A program made the translations under genes and the position numbers. A stretch of 64,000 nucleotides of DNA. Source: Octopus bimaculoides (taxonomy: Eukaryota). Shown piece by piece: positions 12,545-25,533 of this stretch (position 1 is the stretch's first letter; the number at the start of each line of letters is the position of its first letter). The DNA is taken from positions 8,201,877 to 8,265,876 of the forward strand of contig NC_068996.1 of NCBI RefSeq assembly GCF_001194135.2, written 5' to 3'. Under the pieces are notes generated by a model. That model was given only the letters and a program-made list of their open reading frames with translations, was not told the DNA's origin and made no database searches.

Positions 12545-13810
12545 TCATCATCTGGGGAGCCAGTGGCTGCACCAGGCTCCAATCTGATCTGGCAATGTTT
12601 CTACAGCTGGAATCCCTTCTTAACGCCAACCACTCCGAGAGTGTAGTGGGTGTTTTGTACGTGCCACCAGCACAGGAGCCAGTGAGGTGGCCCTGGCATC
12701 AATCATGGGAGCCAGTTGGGGGACGCTGGTATCAGCCACGTTCAGATGGTGCTTTTTACGTGCCACTGGCATGGGAGCCAGTCAGGCGGCCCTGGCATCA
12801 ACCACATTTCAATGGAGCTTTTTATGTGCCCCTGGCATGGGAGCCAGTCAGNNNNNNNNNNNNNNNNNNNNNNNNNNNNNNNNNNNNNNNNNNNNNNNNN
12901 NNNNNNNNNNNNNNNNNNNNNNNNNNNNNNNNNNNNNNNNNNNNNNNNNNNNNNNNCATGCCACTGGCATGGGAGCCAGTCAGGCGGCCCTGGCATCAAC
13001 CACATTTCAATGGAGCTTTTTATGTGCCCCTGGCATGGGAGCCAGTCAGGCGGCCCTGGCATCAACCACATTTGGATGGTGCTTTTTACATGCCACTGGC
13101 ATGGGAGCCAGTCAGGCGGCCCTGGCATCAACCACATTTCAATGGAGCTTTTTATGTGCCCCTGGCATGGGAGCCAGTCAGTCAGGCAGACCTGGCATTG
13201 ACCACATTTGAATGATACATTTTATGTGCCACCGGAACGGGAGCCAGTCAGGGGGCACAAGCCTCAGCTATGATTTTGGTTTTACTTGACTCAACAGGTC
13301 TTCTCAAACATATCATATTGCCCAATGCATCAAGGGTACTCTTAAATGGGCCAGACATGCAACACTGGCATCGGCCATGGCTGCGGTCTCATACTCCTGT
13401 CATAGCCTCTGTGAAGCCCAGCGTTCAAAGGTCATGCTTCACCACCTCATCCCATGTCTTCCGCAGTCCACCTCTTCCACAGGTTCCTTCCACGATTAGG
13501 GAGTGACACTTCCTCACACAGCTGTCCTCATCCATACATAACACATGACCATACCAGTGCAGTTGCCTCTTTTGCACACCACATTTGATGCTTCTTATGC
13601 TTAATTTTTCTCTCAAGATACTTACACTCTGTCGTGTATGCACACTGACATTACACATCCAGCAGATCATACTAGCTTCATTTCTTTGAAGCCTACGCAT
13701 GTCCTCAGCAGTCATGGCTCATGTTCCGCTGCCATGAAGCATGGCAGTTTGCACACATGTGTCATACAGTCTACCTTTCATCTTGAGTGAGAGGCCCTTA
13801 CCTGCTAGCA
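12545..13810 (-). mobile_element. 5'-truncated RTE-clade LINE (ORF C-terminus + 3'UTR with VNTR)
   Basis: Minus-strand translation KGLSLKMKGRLYDTCVQTAMLHGS ... RQLHWYGHVLCMDEDSCVRKCHSLIVEGTCGRGGLRKTWDEVVKHDL is a typical RTE RT C-terminus. It is followed by the 3'UTR shared with many short copies in this window (tggcgttaggaagggcatccagctgtag). Confidence 0.88.
12762..13255. repeat. 66-bp minisatellite (two alternating variants) inside the RTE 3'UTR
   Basis: Unit starts at 12762, 12828, [gap 12852-12956], 12960, 13026, 13092, 13158. Variants gccact...tttcaatggagc and gcccct...tttggatggtgc alternate. Confidence 0.95.
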
Positions 13811-14735
13811 GATTTCACATAAGCGTAGTGATACTAATAACCTGGCGTTAGAGCTGAATATACATATGCTTTGGAGCAAAGTGTTAGTTGAGTATGGAAC
13901 AGTGATAAGAAATTGAATGCATGACTAGGGAAGAAGAAATTATATCATGAACTTCATTAGCTTGCAGATGTTTCTGCTATATGATGTTATGTGCACATAG
14001 TTGAGTGCTTGTGTATCACCTTATAGCTTCATCAGAGCTTCAAACATGAAGTGCAGTTTTATTTGGGAAAACATTTTCATTTATGCATACATACATACAT
14101 GCCTACCTACCTACCTACCTACCTACCCATCCATCCATCCATCCATGGCTGTGTGGTAAGAAGCTTGTTTCCTAACCACATGGCACCTTGGGTAGGTGTC
14201 TTCTACTGTAGCCCCAGGCTGAACAAAGTCTTTTGAGTAGATTTGGTAGATGGAAACTAAAAGAAACCCATCGTATCTATCTATCTATTTGTCTGTCTGT
14301 CTGTCTGTCTGTCTGTGTCTTTGTGAATGTATTTGTCCCATACCACCACTTGACAGCTGGTGTTGGTATGTTTATGCCCCCCGTAGCTTAGTGTTTTGGT
14401 AAACGATACTGATAGAATAAGTACCAAACTTCAAGGTGGTGCCCCAGCATGGTCACAGTCTAATGACTGAAACAAGTAAAAGATAAAAGTTATATACACA
14501 CATATACACACATTTGTTTGGATGTATTATCCAAATATGTGTGTGTAATATAAATGCATATATTTATTTATTTCATTTATACACAAAAAACAAAACAAAA
14601 TAAATACATTTATTCTCTTACATTCATTTGCCTTGTTATTGTTTGAATTGTAAACATTGTAAAAACATTCTTAGAGAAATGGTTATTAGATGACATTTGA
14701 GTAAAAGCATCTTTTTTGTTTTTCTTTTACCTCAG

Positions 14736-15629
14736 ATGCTTCATCAATATTTGTCATCTTTTATAGAGTAAAAGATGTTATCACACAACAACTAAATCTT
14801 CTTGTCTGTATAAATCTATGGAAGAATTATTGAAATATTTCCTTTGCATTGATATTAACAGCAAAATTTCTCTACTTTGTAACGAATAGTTGCATTGTCA
14901 GAAACATGTAGAAGATGATTTGGCATTCTAAGACAAATTTACAGCGGAGTTTGCATCATCTTCAAATATCGTCAGTTCCGACAGTTGATGAAGATGTAGC
15001 AGTAGAAATATATTTATTAGGAATTAAAAAAAACAATTTTTAAAATGTATAAAGAAGGAAAATATCTATGCATTGTGGAAAGGAAGAAAATTGCGGAAAG
15101 TGAATTATGAAAGAACAAGATTAAATTTAAAAACACAAAGTGTTTAAAAGGGATGATTTGTTTTCTGTTGAGATGCTATAAGAGATAGGAAAAACATTAT
15201 TCAAATGTGATGTCTGTAAAAATTCTTTCTCTCAAAAAAAAAAAAATGATAACCTCACCACTCAACAAATGTATTCATAGAGGAGAGAAACCATATCACT
15301 GCGATATCTGTGATAAACCATTCTCATGGAAATACCTTAATTACTCACAAACGTTTTCATGTGAGAAAGAGAGGGAGAAGCCATGTTGCTGTGATATTTG
15401 TAAATCATTCTGTGTGTTAGGTAGCTCAACTACTCACAAACATTCATACAGGGAGAAACCTTATCATGATGATATCTCTGGTAAATCACTCTCTGTAGTA
15501 ACTTCACTAATAATGAATGTATTTCATGTAGGAAGAAAACGCTATCATGGCAATATCTGTAGTAAATCAGTCTCCAAAAATGGTGAATTAACTATATACA
15601 AATGCATTCATACAGGAGAAAATGTATAG
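14736..15629 (+). pseudogene. Decayed C2H2 zinc-finger gene (octopus-type single large coding exon) nested in a STIM intron
   Basis: Strong acceptor ttttttgtttttcttttacctcag (AG 14734-35) and ATG at 14818 (MEELLKYFLC...). About five degenerate fingers follow, with frameshifts, stops and lost Cys/His: KCDVCKNSFSQ, IHRGEKPYHCDICDKPFS, EKPCCCDICKSF, EKPYHDDISGKSLS, KCIHTGE. AATAAA at 16004-16009. Confidence 0.82.
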
Positions 15630-16047
15630 TGATTGCAAGATTGTTCAATGTGTGTGTATGTGCATGTATGTATGTTTGTATAATGTGTATCTGTATCCAT
15701 TTGTATGTGTATTTGGTTATGTGTGTATCTATATTGACACAGTTGTAAAGAAATGACTTCGAAATATATATGTTTGTATCAACATGTGTTCTGACTCTCA
15801 GTTGCCATTTAGTATTCATTTAGTCCTACTGTTTATTGTATAGAGCCATTCTTTATTTTCTTGGATGGTTGAGCATTAAAGATAACCCATTAAAAAAATA
15901 GAATTTTTCTTCATATCAAAATTTGGTAAAGCTCCATAAACACGTATTTAATCTACTTTTATAATATTTTCTTTTAACCCAAAGCATTCAGTGTTCAAAT
16001 ATTAATAAAGTTGTCTATTTTTTTCTTCTCTTTTCTTACCCTCTTAG

Positions 16048-16179
<132 letters not shown>

Positions 16180-16492
16180 TAAAACTAAAATGGTTGTAAT
16201 TATTTTCTTTTATTTTGATATGAAAAGTAAGTGACAAGGAAGTTTAGATGGATGGATGACCCCCACTCTCAAGTTTGATACGGAGATTGACATGTAGGAG
16301 AATGCGTTCATCATTAATACCAGTGTTTAGGTGCAAGTATGGCTGTGGGGTTAAAAAACTTGCTTTGCAACCCTGTGGTTTCAGGTTCAACCCCATTGTG
16401 TAGCACCTTGGTCAAGAATCTTCTACAATAGCCCCAGGGCAACCAGTACTTTGTGAGCAGATTTGGTTGATGGAAACTATGTATGGAAGCCC

Positions 16493-16546
<54 letters not shown>

Positions 16547-16903
16547 TTTGTGCATGCCCCTGCCGCCATCACTTGGCAATCTGTACTATATTGGTTCATA
16601 CATTAAGTTTAGATTTAATTTTGGATATCATGGGCAGTGTAGATATCATGGGCAACATTCTTAAAAAGTTAAAAAAGCTTGTTAAGGATGTTGAAGAAAA
16701 TGCTATGCAATATTTGCCCCAGTTCTTTATCTTCTCAGTTCAAATCGTTCCAATGGTATGTTTGTCTTTCATTTTCCTGAGGTCAATTAGATAAATTAGC
16801 AATTTGGGAAAGTGTCTTCTACTATAGCCCTGGGTCAACTATTGCATTATGAGTTAATATGGTTCGGGAAACAGTGTAGAAGCCTTTTGTGTTTGTGTGT
16901 GCA

Positions 16904-16942
<39 letters not shown>

Positions 16943-17179
16943 CTTGCCATCACATGACAACTAGTGTTGGTTTGTTTGTGTCCTTATAACTTACTAGTTT
17001 GGCAAAAGAAACGAAAGAATAAGTACCAGACTTAGCAGCATTTCTTCGAGATTTGTTCAACTAAAACACTTCAGAATGACCCAGCATGACCGCAGTCAAA
17101 TTATTGAAATAAGTAAAACATAAAAGATACGAGGTGCTGCTGAGATGTTTGTGGCTTTGGGTTAAAGAGAATGGAGGAG

Positions 17180-17675
17180 GATCAGTTAATTATGATTTTA
17201 TTCATCGTGATGGCACCTGTACCAGTAAATCACTAAGAGCACCGTCCGAGCGTGATTGTTGCCAGAGCACCAGCTGTCTGGCTTCCGTGCTGGGGGCACG
17301 TAAATAGCACCACTTGAGCGTGATCATTACCAACATTGCCCTCCTGGCACTTGTGCCAGTGGCATGTGAAAAGACATTTGAGCAAGTTTGTTGCCAGTAC
17401 CCCTGGACTGGCTCCTGTGCAGGTGGCACGTAAAATACACCATTTTAAGTGTGGCTGTTGCCAGTACCTCTTGACTGGCCTTCGTGCCGGTGGCACATAA
17501 AAGCACCCACTACACTCTCGGAGTGGTTGGCGTTAGGAAGGGCATCCAGCTGTAGAAACTCTGCCAAATCAGATTGGAGCCGGGTGCAGCCACCTGGTTC
17601 ACCAGTCCTCAGTCAAATCGTCCAATCCATGCTAGCATGGAAAGCAGACGTTAAACGATGATGATGATGATGATG
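17180..17675 (+). mobile_element. RTE 3'UTR-derived short element with (GAT)n tail
   Basis: Four diverged ~62-67-bp internal units, then ggagtggttggcgttaggaagggcatccagctgtag...acgttaaacgatgatgat. Further copies at ~25800-26250, 7540-7730, 19740-20000, 23400-23600, 29830-30005 and 37610-37810 (+), and 2985-3135, 7010-7200, 36600-36900, 39325-39490 and 60600-60910 (-). Confidence 0.85.
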
Positions 17676-20369
17676 ATTCCCCTCTCATATCTACACACTT
17701 ATTACAGCAGTCCTTCAGTTTTTCTAAGAACTCAGAAAGTTAGGTGCCCAACCAGGCCTTCACAATACTCTTAAAGCCAAGAAAATTTCAGCACCCTTTT
17801 GTAAATCTTTCTTTTTCTATATATTATTTTTTCTTTATTTTATGTGAATTTTTCTTCTTTTGTTTTTTTGTCATTTGCTGCTATATCTCAGTTTTGGTAT
17901 CCTTGCACTTAAATACTGTAACATTCCATATGTAATAGTCATTTATTCCTCCCACTAATGTCAAGATTACAATTTGGGGTGTGTATAATATTTGGTATTT
18001 GGCTGCAAATTTTTTTTTCTCCCCCCATCCACTTTGGAAAAACAAACAAAGATTTATTATGTTTTAAATTATTGTATTATTATATATCAATATCACTGTA
18101 TTGATCAGACTGTAGGACAGTGTTATATACTGCTGTTCACAGTATGCTTCATTGCATTGTTGGAGTTTTCAAATAATGTCACTCCATGGGCAAGGCATGC
18201 AAGCCAACATTTTCCTTGAATGGGATGTGTGTCTGTTGCAGGGTAATCCATTTACAACTGAATGGACTGGAGCAACGTGAAATGAAGTGTTTTCCCCAAT
18301 AACACAACGTGCCACCAATCTGGGAATCGAAACCTCAATCTTGTGATCTTGAGTGCAACACCCTAACCACTAGGCCGTGTGCTTTCACTAAATATCAATA
18401 TATTTTATGCAATATGAAATATTGGTTTCAAATTTTGGCACAAGGCCAGCAATTTCAGGAGAGGAGTAAGTCAATTACATCTACCCCAATGTTCAACTGG
18501 TACTCATTTTATTGACGCCAAGAGGATGAAAGGAAAAATCGACTTCGGCAGAATTTGAACTCAGAACATAAAGACAGATGAACTGCTGCTAAGCATTTCA
18601 CCCATCATGCTAACGATTCTGACAGCTTGCCGTCCTATATGCAATATGCAATATATTACATATATGCAATATATTACAATATATTGGATTATTATTGATT
18701 ACCTGTTCTTGTGGTAGTAGCATAGAATATTGAGATATACATGATGTTATCCATTTTAAGACTATTTAGGCTTCAGATTGAGATGCGTATTATACATAGC
18801 AACATGTTACATGTAGACGTTTACAGAAAATAAATCATTATTCAGAATACTATTATTCCAAAAATGGTAAGTTGGCAGAATCATTAGCGAATTATTAGCA
18901 CATTGGACAAAATGCTTAGAAGAATTTCTTTGAGGTTTATGTCCAGAGTTCAAATTCTGCCAAAGTCAGTTTTGCCTTTTGTCCTTTTAGAATTGATAGA
19001 AATAAGTATAAGTTGAAAACTGGGGTTGATGTAATCTATTAGCCCCTCCCCTCCAAATTTCAGGCATTGTGCCTTTAGTGGGGGGATTTATTGTGATAAT
19101 GATGATTAGTTTTAGAAGCAGAGGGATGGTATGTTTAAAGTTCTCTTTTATCTCTCTCTCACTCTCTCCAAAGTTGGTAAAATAAGTAACAGTCATATGT
19201 TGGGGGTTAAATTCAATTCACTTGTCTCTAACTTGCAAATGTGTGGGCTTATTCCACTGTAAGATGTCATCATCTTCATCACCACCACAATCATCATCAT
19301 CACTGCCACCATCATCACCACCACAATCATCATCATCGTGACCTCCATCACCGCCACCACCATCGTCAACACGACTACCATCATCATTGCTATCACCGTC
19401 ATGACTCACCGTCATCACCATTACCATCATCATTCTCACCTTCTCCCTCTTCATCACTACCATTGTTGTCATTATTATCTTCCATTCTTCTAAGATTGAT
19501 AAAATAAATTACCAGGCGTGGCTGTGAGGACACAGGCTCAGGTATGGCTGTGTGATAAGAAGTTTACTTCCTAACCACATGGTTCCAGATTCAATCCTAC
19601 TGCATGACACCTTGGGCAAATACCTTCTACTATAGCCTCAGGTTGATCAAAGCCTTGTGAGTGGATTTGGTAAAATGGAAACTGAAAGAAACCCATTGCA
19701 TATATGTATATATATATATATATATATACACATAAAAAGCATGCAGTTTAAAGTGGTTGGCTTTTAAAAGGGCATCCAGCTGTAAAAACCTTGCCAAAAC
19801 TGACCTCACCTTTGTTGGTGCCATGTAAAAAGCACTCAATCCACTCTGCAGAGTGGTTGGTGTTAGGAAGGGCATCCAGCCATAAAAAACCCTGCCAAAA
19901 CAGACAGTGAAGCATGGTGCAGTCTTCTGCCTGGACAGCTGCAATCAAACTGTCCAACCCATAACAGTATGGAAGGAGGACGTTAAATGATGATGATGAT
20001 GTATATATATCCATGTGTGTGTATCTATGTTTGTTGCACATTACTGTTTGACAAATGGTATAGGTGTGTTTATGTCCCCATTACTTAGTGGTTTAGCAAG
20101 AGAGATTGACAGAATGGTGGTGGATCAGCAAAAGAAAGTGCTTTGTGATATTTTCTCAGTTCTTTACATTCTATGTTCAAATCCTGTCAAAGTGTTGATT
20201 TTACCTTTCATCTTTTCTGGGCCAGTAAAACAATTACCAATCAAGTACGAGGTCAATACAATTGACAAGTCCCCTCCCCCAAAACTTCAGGCTTTGTGCC
20301 TAAAATAGAAATTGCTACTAATACTACTACTATCGTCTCCAGCAGCCAGAACCCAACTGCTTTCAAAAA

Positions 20370-20576
20370 TTATGTAAAAAAAACAGGAAAAATAATCCAG
20401 AATCCTTGTCTGGTACCAGATTGATCCCCAAATCTAATCAGTTTGTGCCAGTCACGAGGCCAAACATTCCTGACAGTTTCATCCGAATCCATCCTGCGGT
20501 TCTTGAGATATCTTGTCCAAACAAATAAACGCGACTGAAAACAATACCTCCACCTTAGCAAAAGCCGAGGTAATAA
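20370..20576 (-). mobile_element. Helentron-associated/DINE-1-like non-autonomous element
   Basis: Minus strand TTATTACCTCGGC...GGAGGTATTGTTTTCAGTCGCGTTTATTTGTTTG...GATGGATTCGGATGAAACT...TTTGGGGATC, with subterminal hairpin acctc(20546-50)/gaggt(20567-71). The architecture matches the ATTACCTCCGCCAAGGAGG elements I recall from fish. Confidence 0.5.
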
Positions 20577-20609
20577 TAAATGCCCTGATGCAGTACCAGG
20601 CACTGACTC

Positions 20610-21145
20610 CCATGGCTTTTGATCTTAACTATTTGAAAGTGTTGTCATGTACATTGTTTTGTCTTGGTATAAAAGATGGGCTACAGCAAATATTCTGCTT
20701 AATACCACAAATTTGCTTGTCAGTTGTTTGACCTTAACCAGTTGAGCATGTCCCTTGGTGGTTGACGATATGTGCATCTCTGGTCACGAGCAGAAGTAGT
20801 CGGGGAGCATCATAGCCATGTGTTGAGAAGAATTCTTTGGAGTTTGAATATTTGACCCCTGGAAACATTGGTGTTTCGTTCAACATCCTTAAACAACTTT
20901 TATTCAGGGACCTTTTGAGCAGGATGGTCTCCTCAACCTGAAGAAAATTCTAACAGGACCCCACCTGCAAGGTCATGCGCTGTTTATCTTGATATGAGAT
21001 CACCATGTCGTGCACATATGGTTGTGGTGTATGTACCTGGTGTACCCTTATCAGACAGGTAGTCATGATGGTTATATTGGGCTTTATATATTTGTACCCC
21101 GTGTCACTTTGATGACATGCACTGCTCTCTCACTCAATAATAATA
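20610..21145. repeat. Unclassified interspersed repeat ending in (AAT)n
   Basis: Non-coding ~530-bp segment ending ctctcactcaataataataat. Recalled as a common octopus repeat; no second copy in this window. Confidence 0.45.
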
Positions 21146-22454
21146 ATGATAATTGTTCTTATTATTATTGAGAGTGGATAGTTTGACAGAATTGTTGGAA
21201 CATTGGGAGCAATGCCTTATTATATTTATTTAATTATATTTATTTAATTGTGGCTTTCTACATCCTGAATTCAAATACTCTTGAGATTAAAGTTGCTTTA
21301 CATCCTTTCAGGGTTGATAAAATGTAGCAGCAGTTAAGAGTTGGCTTGGTGGTTTCAACTAGATCCACACCCTACTTTAAAACCACTCTCCTTGTGTCTA
21401 TGCAAGAAACAGTTGTTGTTATCATCATCATCATCACCAAGTTTTTAACTGTTTTATGTTTCTACAGCACTGCCAGGTATATTTCTATATTTTAAGAAGT
21501 CTGCAGCATTATCTCATTGAACTCGTTGTATACTACATCCATTTTATTTTGTGGTGGCATTAATTTTGCTGTTTCATTATTCTGTATAATGATTTATTTA
21601 CTGCACAACATGCTGTTATGCATAATACACATCTTGAACTGAGGCCAAAATAGTTTTTAAAAAATCTATAATACCATGTGCATCGCAAAATATTTAGCAT
21701 TTCATTTGTTTAATACTTAGAATATTCATCCATTTTCTCTGCCCACTATTCCCAGGAAGGTCAAGGACATTGAGTCTCAGACATCTCTTCCATAGGGTCC
21801 TATCAGAATCAAAAGCAATTGTCATTACACTTCCCGACTGGATGAGATGTATAATTTCATTGGATAGTTTTTGTGTTTCGTGTGTATTATATGAGTTGTT
21901 TTAGTATGCAGTGGTGATGGTGGTGATTGCATACAGGGTGCACTGTGTGGTTTGTGTGGATTGTCTTATGTTATTGAGTGAAAATTTTGTACAATATCAA
22001 TTATCTGATTGTTGATGGTGTATTGGTCGGGTTATCTTATTGGGTGGTAGTTGTGCATGTGCTGTGAAAGGTAGGTTGTTGTTGGTTAACCCCAGGTCAG
22101 TCTTAAATAAGGATACCTATGTTATAGTAGTGACTTACCTACAGGCATGGAAGTGCTCTCAGACAGGCCTATCTGAGATGTGTACAGAACCATGAAATAA
22201 ATCTGTTTACTTAGTATCCAAGGATTACTGGCTTTTGGGATTATGTCAAAAAGGCGGATGAGTTCATCCAGCAAATGATCTCTTTGGGAAAATCACTCTG
22301 TCCCTATCCGTTAATCAAGAAGGGCAAGAGATTTTCCTCTGTCTGAGATGTATGATGTAAATGGGCTGAGGACATTTTCCTCTTCACTCATTTTTAAGTT
22401 CCATTTGGAAAAAGGAAAATGTAAGGGAACAGTGAAGTGTTCCCCTTAATCTTT

Positions 22455-22700
22455 TACTCGCTTTTACTTTGTTTCAGTCATTTGACTGCAGCCATGCTGG
22501 AACATTGCCTTTAGTCGAGCAAATCCACCCTAGGACTTATTCATTGGATGCCTAGTACTTATTCTATCGGTCTCTTTTGCCAAACCGTTAAGTTATGGGG
22601 ACCTAAACACACCAGCATCAGTTGTCAACCGATGTGGGGGGGGGGGACAAACACAGACACACAAACACATACACACAAACACATACACACACATACATAT

Positions 22701-22745
<45 letters not shown>

Positions 22746-23135
22746 CGGGCTTCTTTCAGTTTCCTTATTTCTTTACTGCCCAGAAGGGGCTACACACAGA
22801 CAGACAAACAAATTAAGTTGATTATATCGACCCCAGTGCGTAACTGGTACTTATTTAATCGACCCCGAAAGGATGAAAGGCAAAGTCAACCTTGGTGGAA
22901 TTTGAACTTAGAACGTAGTGGCAGACGGAATACCGTTAAGCATTTCGCCCAGCATGTTAACGTTTCTGCCAGCTCGCCGCCTTCTTTCAGTTTCCGTCTA
23001 CCAAATCCACTCAAAAGGGTTTGGTTGGCCAGAGGCTATAGTAGAAGACACTTGCCCAAGGTGCCACGCAGTGGGAATGAACCCGGAACCATGTGGCTGG
23101 TAAGCAAGCTACTTACCACACAGCCACTCCTACAC
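22455..23135 (-). mobile_element. Composite SINE A/B copy carrying a nested SINE-C
   Basis: Reverse complement of the 1546 family, interrupted at 22765-22980 with a 15-bp direct repeat cttctttcagtttcc (22750-64 and 22981-95). Confidence 0.9.
22765..22980 (-). mobile_element. SINE family C (long-tail form) with 15-bp TSD
   Basis: Head ggcggcgagctggcagaaacg, body tttcatcctttcggggtcgat, tail aaagaaataa. Confidence 0.9.
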
Positions 23136-23674
23136 CTTAGTTAAATTAATTAGAAGTTGAGTGTCTGTAGTGTGTATGGCTGGGGTGAATGGTTGTACCT
23201 TCAGTATATATATGTATGGTGAAAGTCAGAGAATAACGTTTGTCCTTGATGATCAAGGTGCTGTTGGACCCCTGGAGTTTCTTGGTTCTAGTCGAAGGCT
23301 CACCTGTATCAGATGTTCTGTGTCTTCACTTATTTGTACAGTATATATATTATGTTTTTTTTTTATCTCAGTTGAATTTTTTTCTTCAAAGTTCTTGGTT
23401 ACCCCGTCGGCCCTGTTGCCACATAAAAAGCACTCAATACACTCTGTAACGTGGTTGGCATTAGGAAGGGCATCTGGCTGTGGATGACATGACAAAACAG
23501 ACAATGGAGCCTGGAATGGCTCCCAGCTTTGCCAGCTCCTGTCAAGCCATCCAACCCATGCCAGCATGGAAAATAGACATTAAATGATGATGATGATGAT
23601 GATGGTGGTTTGATTTGTATATGAACATTTGCATTTGTTTTTGTAATATCCCCTCATCTAATACCTCTGTGGCA

Positions 23675-23712
<38 letters not shown>

Positions 23713-23849
23713 TAATAATAATAATATTTTTGCATTCTGAGTTCAAATACCTCTGCCTCTCATTTTATCGAGGTCTATAAATACTGGTGTCAGTGTAATT
23801 GATTAACCTGCTCTCCTTAAAACTGCTGGGCTTGTGTCTTAATTAGAAA

Positions 23850-24150
23850 TCACCATCACTACCACCATCCTTGATGACATTATCATCACCATCAACATCA
23901 TCATCATCACCACCACCACCACCACCACCACCACCACCACCATCATCATCATCCCCACCACCATCACCACCACTGTTATCATCGTCATCATCATCATTGT
24001 CATCATCATCGTCATCATCATCATCATCATCATCATCACCACCACCACTGTTATCATCGTCGTCATCATCATCATTGTCATCATCATCGTCATCATCATC
24101 ATCACCATCACTGGTCGTCTTCATCATTGTCATCATCATCATCATCATTT
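23850..24150. repeat. Compound (CAT)n/(CAC)n microsatellite
   Basis: Direct reading. Similar tracts at 19265-19470, 24320-24560 and 7000-7050. Confidence 0.95.
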
Positions 24151-24667
24151 CTTGTTTGAAAGAAACCTGAGAAACGTTTTGAGATATTTCATTTGGTTTG
24201 ACAAATAAGTTGTCAAAATTTTCTGAAGACATCATAATCATGACCATCATAAGATTCTTTTAACAAAACTTATGACTAGAAGGTAAAGTGTTTGCTAGTA
24301 GACATTCAAACCATCAACGCAGCAGCAGCAGCATTTGAACCATTTTTATTGTCAGTGATGACATCACTAACATCATCACTATCATCATGCTGAACAAGTC
24401 ACTGCCATTCCACCACTGACATCTTGTCACCAACTTCATTACTGCTGCTGCTGCTACTGCTACTACTACTACTACTACTATGACTACTACTATTGCTGTT
24501 GCTGCTGCTGCTCCCGTTGTCATTTCTACGGCCAACACTGCTACCATCACTACCTCTACCATCCCAATTAGGAATGTATTGAAAACTTCATGAAACGACG
24601 CAGGTGTGATGGCATAGTAGTCGATAGATTTGAAACAAAATATCAGTCATTCATTTTCCTGATTGCA

Positions 24668-24734
<67 letters not shown>

Positions 24735-25206
24735 ATATTGCCACAATAAATACTTGAAAGAACACGCATTCTTTTCTTTGCACCAAACCAGCCAATTATC
24801 TCAGATTGGAACTTAATAAGATTCCACGTCTTGAGATGTTTCGTTGTCATAGTTATCGCACACAAAGCCATCTGTTCTCTGTCTTCATGAGAATGTTCTT
24901 CTGTGACTGTTAAGTATTCCGCAGCTATATTCTTTGTGTTGGCGATTAACAAAAGCCGATTAAACTGACCAGAGAGGCAATTGTTCTTTGAGCCCCATCT
25001 GAGAATTGTACAAGTAACAAAATGTTCAAAATTGAACTAATAATTAATGCAGGTGCAAGTGTGGCTGTGTGGTTAAGAAGTTTTCTTTCTAAGTATGTGG
25101 TTTCAGGTTCAATCCTACAGTGTGGCTCATTGGTCAAGTGTGTTATAATTTCAGGTTGATCAATATCCTGTAAGTGGAATTTGGTAGATAGAAACTGCAC
25201 AAAAAC

Positions 25207-25533
25207 GGCCAGCTGGCAGAAACGTTAGCACGCCGGGCGAAATGCTTAGCGGTATTTCGTCTGCCGTTACATTGTGAGTTCAGATTCCGCCGAGGTCGAC
25301 TTTACCTTTCATCCGTTCGGGGTCGATAAATTAAGTACCAGTTTCGCACTGGGGTCGATGTAATCGACTTAATCCCTTTGTCTGTCCTTGTTTGTCCCCT
25401 CTATGTTTNNNNNNNNNNGGGTCGATAAATTAAGTACCAGTTTCGCACTGGGGTCGATGTAATCGACTTAATCCCTTTGTCTGTCCTTGTTTGTCCCCTC
25501 TATGTTTAGCCCCTTGTGGGCAATAAAGAAATA
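25207..25533 (+). mobile_element. SINE family C (long-tail form) with 17-bp TSD inside a family-A SINE
   Basis: TSD agaaactgcacaaaaac at 25190-25206 and 25534-25550. The internal duplication around the 10-N gap is an assembly overlap. Confidence 0.9.

Noticed and set aside
12490-13215. 241-aa ORF with 22-aa repeats (PLAWEPVRRPWHQPHFNGAFY)
   Set aside because: The unit length of 66 is a multiple of 3 and several frames are open. It is antisense to an RTE 3'UTR and spans a gap.
12762-13255. CRISPR-like appearance of regular repeats
   Set aside because: The repeats are contiguous with no unique spacers, the context is eukaryotic and no cas genes are present.
16613-16794. Possible alternative STIM exon in frame with the 16048 exon, ending in a hydrophobic stretch
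   Set aside because: Poor pyrimidine tract. The 143-nt length to the GT at 16756 is out of phase with the next exon, and no homology was recognised.
19193-19507. Poly-His, poly-Asp, poly-Met and poly-Pro ORFs (also 23839-24250, 24314-24562, 10688-11218)
   Set aside because: Translations of trinucleotide microsatellites, with no splice or domain support.
25319-25507. Apparent tandem duplications flanking 10-N gaps (also 26072-81, 28433-42, 35930-39, 48776-85, 60726-35)
   Set aside because: The sequence before each 10-N spacer is repeated right after it, the signature of unmerged overlapping contig ends rather than biology.
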